The position numbers and the translations under genes were made by a program. A DNA stretch of 64,000 bases, taken from contig OY762897.2 of assembly GCA_963666515.2 (NCBI GenBank), positions 3,776,001 through 3,840,000 of the forward strand. The letters are read 5' to 3'. How positions within the stretch are numbered: position 1 is the stretch's first letter; each line of letters opens with the position of its first letter. Positions 19,006-27,053 of the stretch are shown here, in pieces. Source of the DNA: Candidatus Binatia bacterium. Lineage in GTDB: Bacteria > Desulfobacterota > Binatia > UBA9968 > JAJDTQ01. The notes under the pieces were generated by a model. It was not told the origin of the DNA. It saw only the letters and a program-made list of their open reading frames with translations, and searched no databases.

Positions 19006-19860
19006 ATTTCGGAGGTCATCGCCTATCTCGGACGACGTTTTGGCACCGCCTGGAAAGCGGGAATCCAGGGGAGGAGGGGGCGCAAGCAGCACCCGCGTCC
19101 CCGTTCCCGCGCCGAGGCCCGCCTGGGCGCTGCCGTTGCAGCGGGATATCTCCAGCAGTCCCCAGCTATTGACCAAGGCTAGGTAGTTGCCGGCGCCGGC
19201 CGAGGCGTAGTTGTCCGACAGGCCCCGGATGACGCTGTCGCCGACCCGCACCGAAACGCTCTCCGTGTCGAGCCGGCCCAGGTGCTCGCGGCGGATGTTG
19301 GTGGTCAGGTTGCCGAAGCCGTCGACATAGATCACCTGGCCGGCGATGCCGCCCCCGTCTCGTATCTCCGGGTCGGGAACATGCAGGCTCTCGAAGCTTT
19401 CCACGGTCTCGCCCAGCTTCTCCAGCCGAACACCCGCCGACAGGTGGGCGGCCACGGGTGCGAAGACGTCTCGGCCGTGGAACGTCGTGCTGGTGGGCTG
19501 GAGGTGATACTCGGGTTTGGAAAGGTGGATGATGCGGCGCAGGCGTTGCCGCCCGGCCGCGAGGCTCAGGAGCCCGTTGTCCGGGCCCACGTAGCAGGCC
19601 CGGTCGGTTTCGAGCAGGATGGGCCGCCGGTCGCCGCCGACGCCGGGATCCACCACCGCCACGTGGACCACGCCCTCCGGAAAGAAGTCCACGGCGGACG
19701 CCAGCGCCAGCGCGCCTCCGGTGACGTCCTGAGGGGCGACGCCGTGGGTCAGGTCGATGAGGGTGGCGCCAGGGTCGATGGCGGCCACCACCCCCTTCAT
19801 GATGCCGACGAAGGGGTCGCGGTAGCCGAAGTCCGTGGTCAGGGTGATGATTCTTGACAC
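18952..19860 (-). CDS. SAM hydrolase/SAM-dependent halogenase family (DUF62) protein; C-terminus runs into repeat DNA
   Basis: ITLTTDFG, VVDPGVG, GPDNG, TFHGRDVFAP, YVDGFGN, NSWGLLEI. Confidence 0.9.
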   Translation of the reverse strand: MSRIITLTTDFGYRDPFVGIMKGVVAAIDPGATLIDLTHGVAPQDVTGGALALASAVDFFPEGVVHVAVVDPGVGGDRRPILLETDRACYVGPDNGLLSLAAGRQRLRRIIHLSKPEYHLQPTSTTFHGRDVFAPVAAHLSAGVRLEKLGETVESFESLHVPDPEIRDGGGIAGQVIYVDGFGNLTTNIRREHLGRLDTESVSVRVGDSVIRGLSDNYASAGAGNYLALVNSWGLLEISRCNGSAQAGLGAGTGTRVLLAPPPPLDSRFPGGAKTSSEIGDDLRNRHSGESRNPGVGRGRRE

Positions 19861-19977
19861 GAGAGCCGACCCTAACGAATAACCCCCACCCGGTAAAGGC
19901 TTCCGAGGCCGCCTTGCGGAGCGGGTCCGGTAGCGGTTAGCCTACCCCCACATCCACCAGTTCCGAGGAGGACCGCC

Positions 19978-20664
19978 ATGATCGAGCTCTACACCAGCGC
20001 CACCCCCAACGGCCAGAAGATCCACATCATGCTGGAGGAGACCGGCCTCCCTTACCGTCTTCACTGGGTCGATCTCAGGAAGGGCGAGCAGTTCGATCCG
20101 GAGTTCCTCAAGATCAGCCCCAACAACAAGATCCCCGTCATCTTCGACCGGGACGGCCCCGGAGGGGAGCCTATCTCGGTGTTCGAGTCCGGCGCCATCC
20201 TGGTCTACCTAGCCGAAAAGACCGGGAAGTTCCTGCCCACCGAAACCCGTGCCCGCACCCGTGTGCTGGAGTGGCTGATGTTCCAGGTGGGCGGCGTCGG
20301 TCCCATGCTCGGCCAGGCGCACCACTTCCGCGCCTACGCGCGCGAGAAGATCCCCTACGCCATCGAGCGCTACACCAGCGAGGGGGCGCGCATCTACCGG
20401 GTGCTGGACAAGCGGCTGTCCGAGAGCGAGTACCTGGCGGGAGACTACTCCATCGCCGACATGGCGGTGTTCCCGTGGATCCGTCTGCACGAGCGGCAGG
20501 GCCAGGACATGGCCGACCACCCCCATCTGAGCCGGTGGTTCAACACCATTGCCGCGCGGCCCGCAGTGGCCAGGGACATGGAGAAGACCCGGGACGTGGT
20601 GGGTGCCATCACCGACGAGATGTGGGACAATCTCTGGGGCAGGAAGCAGTTCGAGCGGCGCTGA
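19978..20664 (+). CDS. Glutathione S-transferase, YfcG/YghU-like
   Basis: TPNG, ISPNNKIP, FESGAIL, GPMLGQAHHF, YSIADMA. Confidence 0.92.
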   Translation: MIELYTSATPNGQKIHIMLEETGLPYRLHWVDLRKGEQFDPEFLKISPNNKIPVIFDRDGPGGEPISVFESGAILVYLAEKTGKFLPTETRARTRVLEWLMFQVGGVGPMLGQAHHFRAYAREKIPYAIERYTSEGARIYRVLDKRLSESEYLAGDYSIADMAVFPWIRLHERQGQDMADHPHLSRWFNTIAARPAVARDMEKTRDVVGAITDEMWDNLWGRKQFERR

Positions 20665-20678
20665 CCGGGGGCCGCGGC

Positions 20679-21116
20679 CTACGAGCTGCTGTCCATGGGG
20701 TAGCCTTTCTCGGTCCAGCCGGGAAGCCCCTCGTACAACACCCTCATGTTGCGGTGGCCCTGCTTGTGGAGAATCTCGTAAGCCAACCTGGACAGGTGGC
20801 GAGGGCACTGTCAATAGAGGACGACGAGACCTTCTTTCGGCACGAGGTCCTTGCCCCGGAAAAAGGCGCCCAAGGGTATGGAGAGGGCGCCCTTGATGTG
20901 CCCCGCGTCATAGCTGCGGCGCTGCCGGACGTCCACCAGGGTGATCGGCTTGCGGTCGAGGATGTGCTGGACCAGCTCTTCCACCCGGATATACCGGACC
21001 GCGATCTTGTCCGAGGTCTCTACTTTGGCGTACTCGGGGTATATCCCCGGGTCGCCCCAGGCAGGCGCCGCCGCCATCAACAGCAGCGCCGTCAGTCCAA
21101 CCGCAAGGCGTCGCAT
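20679..21116 (-). CDS. Exported rhodanese-domain selenoprotein (UxC motif), 145 aa with Sec read-through at 20811-20813
   Basis: Signal peptide; LVDVR, GHIKGALSIP, VVLY-[TGA]-QCPRHLSRLAYEILHKQGHRNMRVLYEGLPGWTEKGYPMDSSS*. The frame after the TGA completes the rhodanese fold and fills the gap to the convergent GST gene. Confidence 0.85.
20775..20803 (-). promoter_or_regulatory. Putative bacterial SECIS element
   Basis: mRNA GCCACCU-GUCC-AGGU(U)GGC hairpin starting 10 nt after the UGA; apical loop begins GU; bulged U. Confidence 0.7.
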
Positions 21117-22012
21117 CAGCCGCCCTCGCTTTCCGGGGTCTTGACGCCCGCGAACCTAGCGCGGTCCGCCAGCATCGCCGGCGTCAGCACGCCGGTGTGG
21201 CGCCGGCCGTTGATGATCCACGTGGGATAGGAACGGACGCCGGCCGCCAGACACTTGGACGCCACCGGTCCGCTGCGTCCCGCGGGACTGCATTCGACGT
21301 AGGGAATGCGGTGGGCGGACGTCCCGAACAGTTCCTTCTGGCTCTCGCAGGCCGGACACCAGAACGCCCCGTACATCTTGACGCCGGTCTCTTCCAGGTG
21401 GGTGGCCAGCCCCTTCATCCAGGGGTCCTCCTTGCCCGAGGCCCCCACGGAGACGCCCGAATAGAAGACCAGGTGCAGCGCCACCACCGCGACCCCGGCC
21501 GCCAGGAAGCTCGATCCCAGCCAGGGCTGCCACGCAAGCCGGCGGCTCACCTGCGGGATCTGGAACAGGGTGACGACGAAGATGGCCGCAAGAAGCCCGA
21601 GGGACGTCAGGCAGTACGGACAGGCCGCCTCCAGCCGGAACACCGAAATGGCCGTGAGATACACGCTGTAGGCGACGCCGAACAGCGAGACCGCGGCGGT
21701 CAGTTTCCAGCGCTGGCTACGGCGTTTGCCGAAGGCCGCGGCTGCAAGCACCGCGTAGATGAAGAAACCCCAGAGCGACGTGGGCAGGCCCAGCAGCACC
21801 GACCAGCGGCTGTGCAGCACGATGTCGCAGTCGGCTCCCGCCTCGCAAAAGGCCGCCTTCTCCCCCAACCACGCGGTGCCGGTCAGATACCCCGCCAGCG
21901 CCAGCCCCACCACCGCCAGAGCCAGAACCGGCCAGTTCGGACTCGCGGACCCGGCCGCCGCCGGCTGCTGCCGGGGTCCTCGCCCGCCTTTCTTCCTCGA
22001 TGCCTTGGCCAT
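21116..22012 (-). CDS. Vitamin K epoxide reductase (VKOR)-thioredoxin-like fusion (cyanobacterial/LTO1 type)
   Basis: CEAGADCDIVLHSRWS, CPYC in TM domain; MYGAFWCPAC, YVECSPAG, C...SYPTWIING. Confidence 0.93.
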   Translation of the reverse strand: MAKASRKKGGRGPRQQPAAAGSASPNWPVLALAVVGLALAGYLTGTAWLGEKAAFCEAGADCDIVLHSRWSVLLGLPTSLWGFFIYAVLAAAAFGKRRSQRWKLTAAVSLFGVAYSVYLTAISVFRLEAACPYCLTSLGLLAAIFVVTLFQIPQVSRRLAWQPWLGSSFLAAGVAVVALHLVFYSGVSVGASGKEDPWMKGLATHLEETGVKMYGAFWCPACESQKELFGTSAHRIPYVECSPAGRSGPVASKCLAAGVRSYPTWIINGRRHTGVLTPAMLADRARFAGVKTPESEGG

Positions 22013-22110
22013 GATCGCTCCTCCGGGACCTTCGCCCGGTGCCTGACACTACGTCGAAATTTAACAGACCCGCCGGTTCCAAGACAAGAAACCGGCCCTT
22101 TCGAACCGGC

Positions 22111-22749
22111 CTACCCCGTTCCCGTCAGCAAGCTTCGGGCGTTCCGGCGCAGCCGTTCCAACGCACGCGGGTTGCGGCTTTCGTAGTAGCCCCGGATGAT
22201 GCCGTCGCGGTCCACCAGCACGAACCGGGTGCTGTGGAAGACTACGGGATCGTGCGTGTGGCCGTCCACCGGGGCGGCGCTCAGGCGGAACCCGTCCTGC
22301 ACGATGCGGCGGATCTCCCCCAACTCACCGGTGAGGAACAGCCAGCGCTCGGGGTCCGCGCCGTACCGTTCGGCGTATCGCGACAACAACGCGGGCGTGT
22401 CCGTGAGCGGATCGACGGAGATGGAGACGGACCGCAGGTCGCCGTAGCCCTTCAGGTCCGTCCGCAGCGCCGCCATGGCGCGGCTCTGGAGCGGGCAGGT
22501 GTCCCGGCACTGGGTGTAGATGAAGTCCGCGATCCAGACCCGGCCGCGCAGGTCGCCGGCGGACACGGGCCTGCCGCTTCGCTCCACCAGCGAGAAGTCC
22601 GGCGCCGGACCGTACCGCGCGAGCTGCTCCAGGACGGGCTGGCGCGGAGCCGCAGGGGGGGTACGGAGTTGTTGGATGACAAGGCTGACGAGGACGATGG
22701 ACAAGACCGTCCCGACGGTCACCTGGAGCATGAAACGCCGCTGTGTCAT
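22111..22749 (-). CDS. SCO1/SenC family copper chaperone
   Basis: APDFSLVERSG, FIYTQCRDTCP (CxxxC), SISVDP, VFHSTRFVLVD. Confidence 0.93.
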   Translation of the reverse strand: MTQRRFMLQVTVGTVLSIVLVSLVIQQLRTPPAAPRQPVLEQLARYGPAPDFSLVERSGRPVSAGDLRGRVWIADFIYTQCRDTCPLQSRAMAALRTDLKGYGDLRSVSISVDPLTDTPALLSRYAERYGADPERWLFLTGELGEIRRIVQDGFRLSAAPVDGHTHDPVVFHSTRFVLVDRDGIIRGYYESRNPRALERLRRNARSLLTGTG

Positions 22750-22867
22750 GCTCCGGCCTCGCCCGGCCTATCCCGGGGGAATCTTCTGCAGCAGTCGGTC
22801 ATTTTCGTAAAGCTCGTACCGCGTATAAATTCCCATTAAAGCATGATCGCGGGGCAAGTGCAGGACA

Positions 22868-23683
22868 CTAGCGGTTCCGCCGCAGCCACCGGCGGCCACC
22901 AACCAGGAAGAAGACCAGCGTGAAGGTGAGGACGATCATGGCGCCGGAGGAGATGTCGATGAAGTAGCTGAGGTACATGCCGGCCGCCGCGCACACGGCG
23001 CCGATGATCGGGGTGATGACCAGCAGGGTCTGGAACCGTTGTGTCAGGTAGCGGCCTATGACCGGAGGGATGACCACGGCGGCGGACACGAGGGTGACGC
23101 CGAGGATGCGGGTGGACGCCACGATGGTGACCGCCAGCACCAGGATGAAGATCAGCTCGGTACGGCCGGTGGAGATGCCGTACACCGGCGCCACCTCCGG
23201 GTCGAAGGTGGAGAACAGGAGCTGGCGGCGGATGACGATCATGACGAGTACGACGGCGGCGGCGGTGGCCGCGATGACCCGGAGATCCACCGGCGTGATG
23301 CCCAGCAGGTTGCCGAAGAGCGCGGCCTCGAAGTCCAGCGTGAACTTCCGGTAGGTGGAGACCACCGCCACGCCCAGGGCGAAGCTCGCGGTCGTCACCA
23401 CGCCGATGGCGGCGTCGGCGCCCACCAGCCGGCGGTGGCTGATGAGGTGGATCAGCACCGCGCTCACCAGCGCCCACACGCCGGCGCCGATGAAGAAGTG
23501 GACGCCGACGATGGTGCTCAGCACCGCCCCGCCGAAGAGGGCGTGGGCCAGCCCGTGGCCGATATAGCTCATGCGCCGGAGCACCACGTAGACGCCGACG
23601 TAGCCGCACACCGCGCCGACGATGACCGAGGCGATCATGCCGTTGCGGAAGAACTCGTAGGCGAAGGGTTCAAGCGGACCCAT
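22868..23683 (-). CDS. Mn/Zn/Fe ABC transporter permease (ABC-3 family)
   Basis: VVLRRMSYIGHGLAH, DAAIG, LFGNLLGI, TFDPEVA, DISSGAMIVL. Confidence 0.92.
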   Translation of the reverse strand: MGPLEPFAYEFFRNGMIASVIVGAVCGYVGVYVVLRRMSYIGHGLAHALFGGAVLSTIVGVHFFIGAGVWALVSAVLIHLISHRRLVGADAAIGVVTTASFALGVAVVSTYRKFTLDFEAALFGNLLGITPVDLRVIAATAAAVVLVMIVIRRQLLFSTFDPEVAPVYGISTGRTELIFILVLAVTIVASTRILGVTLVSAAVVIPPVIGRYLTQRFQTLLVITPIIGAVCAAAGMYLSYFIDISSGAMIVLTFTLVFFLVGGRRWLRRNR

Positions 23684-23690
23684 GGAGGCG

Positions 23691-24563
23691 TCATCCGCCG
23701 TTGGGCGAGTGCGGCCGTTCGCCCACCATGATCATGTCGCCGTGCTGGAAGACCACCATCTCCCCCTTGTAGGTCTCTCCCAGCACTTCGGTGGTGAACA
23801 CCTGCTGGGGGTCGCCTTCGGCGATCACGCGCCGGTTCAGGCACACCACCCACGGCAGGTGCGCGGCCACCCAGTTGAGGTCGTGGCTGGTGATGAGGAT
23901 GGCGACGCCCGAGTGGTTGATCTCGTGAAGGAAATGGACCACCTCGTCGCGGGAGCGGATGTCGAGCCCGGAGGTGGGCTCGTCGAGCAGGATCAGCTCC
24001 GGCTCTCCCAGCAGCGCCCGGGCGATGAACGCGGCCTGCTGCTGTCCTCCGGACAGCTCCCGGATCTGGCGGTCCCGCAGCTCATGCAGGTTGAGCCGCT
24101 CCATGATCTCGTGGGCGCGGTCGCGGTCCTCCGGAGCGGTGCGCCGGAACCACCGGTGGCGCCGGGACAGGCCCAGCAGCACCACCTCCTCCACGGTGAT
24201 GGGAAAGCTCAGGTCGATCTGCTCAAGCTGCGGCACGTAGCCCACGGACCCGAGAGACCCGCCGCCAGCCGGCGCACCGTGGACGGTCACCCGCCCTTCC
24301 CTGGGCCGGATGTGCCCCAGGATGGTGCGCAGCAGCGTGGTCTTCCCCCCGCCGTTGGGTCCCACCACCGCCAAGAACTGCGCCGGCCAGAGCTTCAGGT
24401 TGACCCCGGCGATGCCCAGGGTCTGCCGGTAGCCGCTGGACACGTCCGTCAGCTCCACGATGGGCCGCCCCTGCTCGCTCCACTCCCGCCCGCCCGCATG
24501 CGGGTGCCCGTGCAGCCTGCCGTGGACGTGGTGGACCCGGTCGGTGTGCTTCTCGGAGGTCAC
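23691..24563 (-). CDS. Mn/Zn ABC transporter ATP-binding protein with His-rich N-terminus
   Basis: GPNGGGKTT, GYVPQ, LSGGQ, LLDEPTSGLD, SHDL; start uncertain. Confidence 0.92.
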   Translation of the reverse strand: MTSEKHTDRVHHVHGRLHGHPHAGGREWSEQGRPIVELTDVSSGYRQTLGIAGVNLKLWPAQFLAVVGPNGGGKTTLLRTILGHIRPREGRVTVHGAPAGGGSLGSVGYVPQLEQIDLSFPITVEEVVLLGLSRRHRWFRRTAPEDRDRAHEIMERLNLHELRDRQIRELSGGQQQAAFIARALLGEPELILLDEPTSGLDIRSRDEVVHFLHEINHSGVAILITSHDLNWVAAHLPWVVCLNRRVIAEGDPQQVFTTEVLGETYKGEMVVFQHGDMIMVGERPHSPNGG

Positions 24564-24823
24564 GGCAGAGAGGGTCGACCAGCCAGAAACTGGCGGGTCG
24601 TGAGCCCGCCATGGTGGCAGGGATGATATTTTGATCCGAGCATGGACATCCGTCTATCAGGTGGCGCTAGCGTAGACAATTCCGCTGAACCTGCCGAATG
24701 CTGAGCTATCAAAAAAACCTTGGCAAAGCCTCGACCTCGGACGTTCGGTTGTCATTGACGCCGTTGCATTTACTGCACTTATTTCACAGAATGGTCGTGA
24801 AGGCAGTTTAAGGGGAGGTATCT

Positions 24824-25288
24824 ATGAATACGACAACCCATCGTCAACTCCCGCCCACGCCACGGGATGCCGCGATCGCCCGTAGTTCCCGCCAGATTCT
24901 TTCCCACTACGCCGGGATTCAGCGACCCTTGAGGCTCCGCGTGAGAGACCGCGGGCAGGAGGAGCCAATCGAGCTTCCAGCGGGTGCAGTCAGGTTGCTC
25001 ATGCACGTGCTGGAGGCCATGGCCGCGGGCCGGGGCGTAACGCTTGTTCCCGAGAGTGCAGAACTGACTACGGTCCAGGCAGCCGAGGTGTTGAACGTTT
25101 CCCGCCCTTTCCTGATCAAGCTTCTGGACGAGAATGCCATTCCGCACCGGAAGGTCGGCAAGCACCGCCGGGTTCGCATGGAGGACGTCATGGCGTACAA
25201 GGAGGCGATTGACCGGGAACGCGAGCAGGTTCTCGACCAGTTGACGCGGGAGGCCCAAGAACAGGGCTTGGGGTACCGTGTTCCGTGA
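24824..25288 (+). CDS. Excisionase-like HTH antitoxin
   Basis: ELTTVQAAEVLNVSRPFLIKLLD...HRKVGKHRRV; coupled to a PIN gene. Confidence 0.88.
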   Translation: MNTTTHRQLPPTPRDAAIARSSRQILSHYAGIQRPLRLRVRDRGQEEPIELPAGAVRLLMHVLEAMAAGRGVTLVPESAELTTVQAAEVLNVSRPFLIKLLDENAIPHRKVGKHRRVRMEDVMAYKEAIDREREQVLDQLTREAQEQGLGYRVP

Positions 25289-25854
25289 CCCGTTACACGG
25301 CTCTTCTCGACGCCAACGTTCTCTACTCCGCGCCGATACGCGATATTTTTTTGCAGTTGGCCGTGAGCGATGTCTTCCGGGTGAGATGGACGGCGGATAT
25401 CCATCGCGAGTGGATTGATGCGCTCCTCCGCAACGAGCCTCATCGGAGTCGTACCGTCCTCGAACGCACGCGATCTCTCGTGGACCGCGCCACCCGCGAT
25501 TGCCTGATTACCGGATATGAGGCCCTGATCCCGACTCTCGACCTTCCCGACCCCGACGATCGCCACATTCTTGCGGCAGCGATCGCTGGTCGTTGCGACG
25601 CGATTGTCACCGCGAACCTTCAGGACTTCCCGAACGTCGTGGTCAATCCATATGGGATCGAAGTTCAACACCCGGATGAATTCCTGTTCAATCACCTCGA
25701 ACTGGCACCGGGGATTTTCTGCGAGGCCGTCCGCAAGGTACGCGCACGGCTGAAGGCGCCACCCTTAACCGTTGAAGAGTATCTCGCCAATTTGTCCAAG
25801 CAGGGGCTGGTCGCGACCGCCACGGAGCTGGAACGGTTTGCGGTGTCGATCTGA
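25285..25854 (+). CDS. PIN-domain protein (VapC-like toxin)
   Basis: ALLDANVLY, LPDPDDRHILAAAI, IVTANLQDFP, HPDEFL. Confidence 0.9.
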   Translation: MTRYTALLDANVLYSAPIRDIFLQLAVSDVFRVRWTADIHREWIDALLRNEPHRSRTVLERTRSLVDRATRDCLITGYEALIPTLDLPDPDDRHILAAAIAGRCDAIVTANLQDFPNVVVNPYGIEVQHPDEFLFNHLELAPGIFCEAVRKVRARLKAPPLTVEEYLANLSKQGLVATATELERFAVSI

Positions 25855-25939
25855 CGCTCTCCGACGACAAGAGATCCGATCTCCCGGAGGCTCTGAATCC
25901 CTGTCATCGACACAAGACGTATGCTGCGGATTCAGTCGC

Positions 25940-26971
25940 TCAGATCTTGTACAGCCGCTTGGGGTTCTCCGACAGGATATTGCGCTTGGATTCGGCGGAG
26001 ACGTCCTCGCGCGCAAAAAAGGCGGGCAGGTCGTCGAAGAACTCGGCCCGCGTCCGCTCGTGCGGGTAGTCCGAAGGCCACACGAGCTTCTCGTCACCGA
26101 GGAGCTGGATGAAGAACGGCAGGGTCCGTTCCTCAATCTCGAACGAGAAGTAGACGTTGGGGTCCATCAGGTACTCGCTGGGCTTGCGCTTGAGGTCGCC
26201 GGCGCCCTTGCGCTCGAACTGCTCGTCGAGCACGTCCATCAGGTACGGCACCCAGCCGCAGCCTGCCTCCAGGTAGGCCACCCGCAGGTTGGGGTAGCGG
26301 TCGAACACGCCCTGGGAGATCATGCTGGTGGCGTGGCTCATGAGCGGGATCACGTGCTTGAGGGCGCGCACCTCACGATACGTGCGCATCGGGTCGGCGA
26401 AGTTGTGCGCCCCCACGAAGCCGCCGTGCACCGCGATCATGGTGTCCAGCTCGGCGGCCGTGGCGTAGATGGGGTCGAACTCCGGGTTGCCGTAGGCCAT
26501 GAGCGGCGACGAGATGGACGGCAGGATCGCGCCCACGAAACCCAGCTCACCGACGCAGCGGCGCAGCTCCGTGACGCAGGCGGCCACGTCGTGCACCGGC
26601 AGCAGCGCCACCCCGAGCAGCCGCTCGCTCTGGCGCAGGAACTTGTCGTGCAGCCAGTCGTTGTAGGCCCGCGCCAGGTCCACCGACCACTCCACACGGC
26701 GCACCATGCCCACGGCTGCGGCGTTGCTCGGGTACAGCACGGTGGCGCTGATGCCGGCCTCGTCCAGGAAGCTCAGCCACATGGCCGCGTCCGGCACGTC
26801 CTGCTTGTGCGGGTCCACCACGCCGAACGCCCAGGCGTCCTGCGGGAACAGGGAGTACTCGCGGTTGCCCGGAATGCGCCGGAACCGCTCCGGCAGGTAC
26901 TGGGCCATCTCCTTGTCCGGCTCCACCACATGGCCGTCACCGTCGATAATGGGGTAGTCCACGTCGATCAT
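25940..26971 (-). CDS. Amidohydrolase family 2 (ACMSD/decarboxylase-like)
   Basis: IIDGDGHVVE, ARAYNDWL, AVHG, GVFDRYPNLRVAYLEAGCGW, WPSDYPH. Confidence 0.9.
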   Translation of the reverse strand: MIDVDYPIIDGDGHVVEPDKEMAQYLPERFRRIPGNREYSLFPQDAWAFGVVDPHKQDVPDAAMWLSFLDEAGISATVLYPSNAAAVGMVRRVEWSVDLARAYNDWLHDKFLRQSERLLGVALLPVHDVAACVTELRRCVGELGFVGAILPSISSPLMAYGNPEFDPIYATAAELDTMIAVHGGFVGAHNFADPMRTYREVRALKHVIPLMSHATSMISQGVFDRYPNLRVAYLEAGCGWVPYLMDVLDEQFERKGAGDLKRKPSEYLMDPNVYFSFEIEERTLPFFIQLLGDEKLVWPSDYPHERTRAEFFDDLPAFFAREDVSAESKRNILSENPKRLYKI

Positions 26972-27004
26972 CGGATTCCGTCCTTTCGTTCCGGGAAGAT
27001 GGCG

Positions 27005-27043
27005 CCGTTCGCCCTGAGCGTAGCGCAGCGAAGTCGAAGGGCG
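27005..27043. repeat. Palindromic repeat family B, single arm (CCGTTCGCCCTGAGCGTAGCG...CGAAGTCGAAGGGCG)
   Basis: Matches the right arm of the element at 40284-40394. Confidence 0.8.
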
Positions 27044-27053
27044 CCATCTCTCT

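Noticed and set aside
18952-19860. Fluorinase/chlorinase
   Set aside because: The TFHGRD motif and housekeeping context fit the widespread SAM hydrolase (DUF62) branch; halogenase activity cannot be supported from sequence.
24655-24720. FFDSSAF peptide on the minus strand resembling a PIN N-terminus, and a 7-bp hairpin nearby at 24591-24611
   Set aside because: No start codon or continued similarity; too short to distinguish from chance, and no riboswitch consensus recognised.
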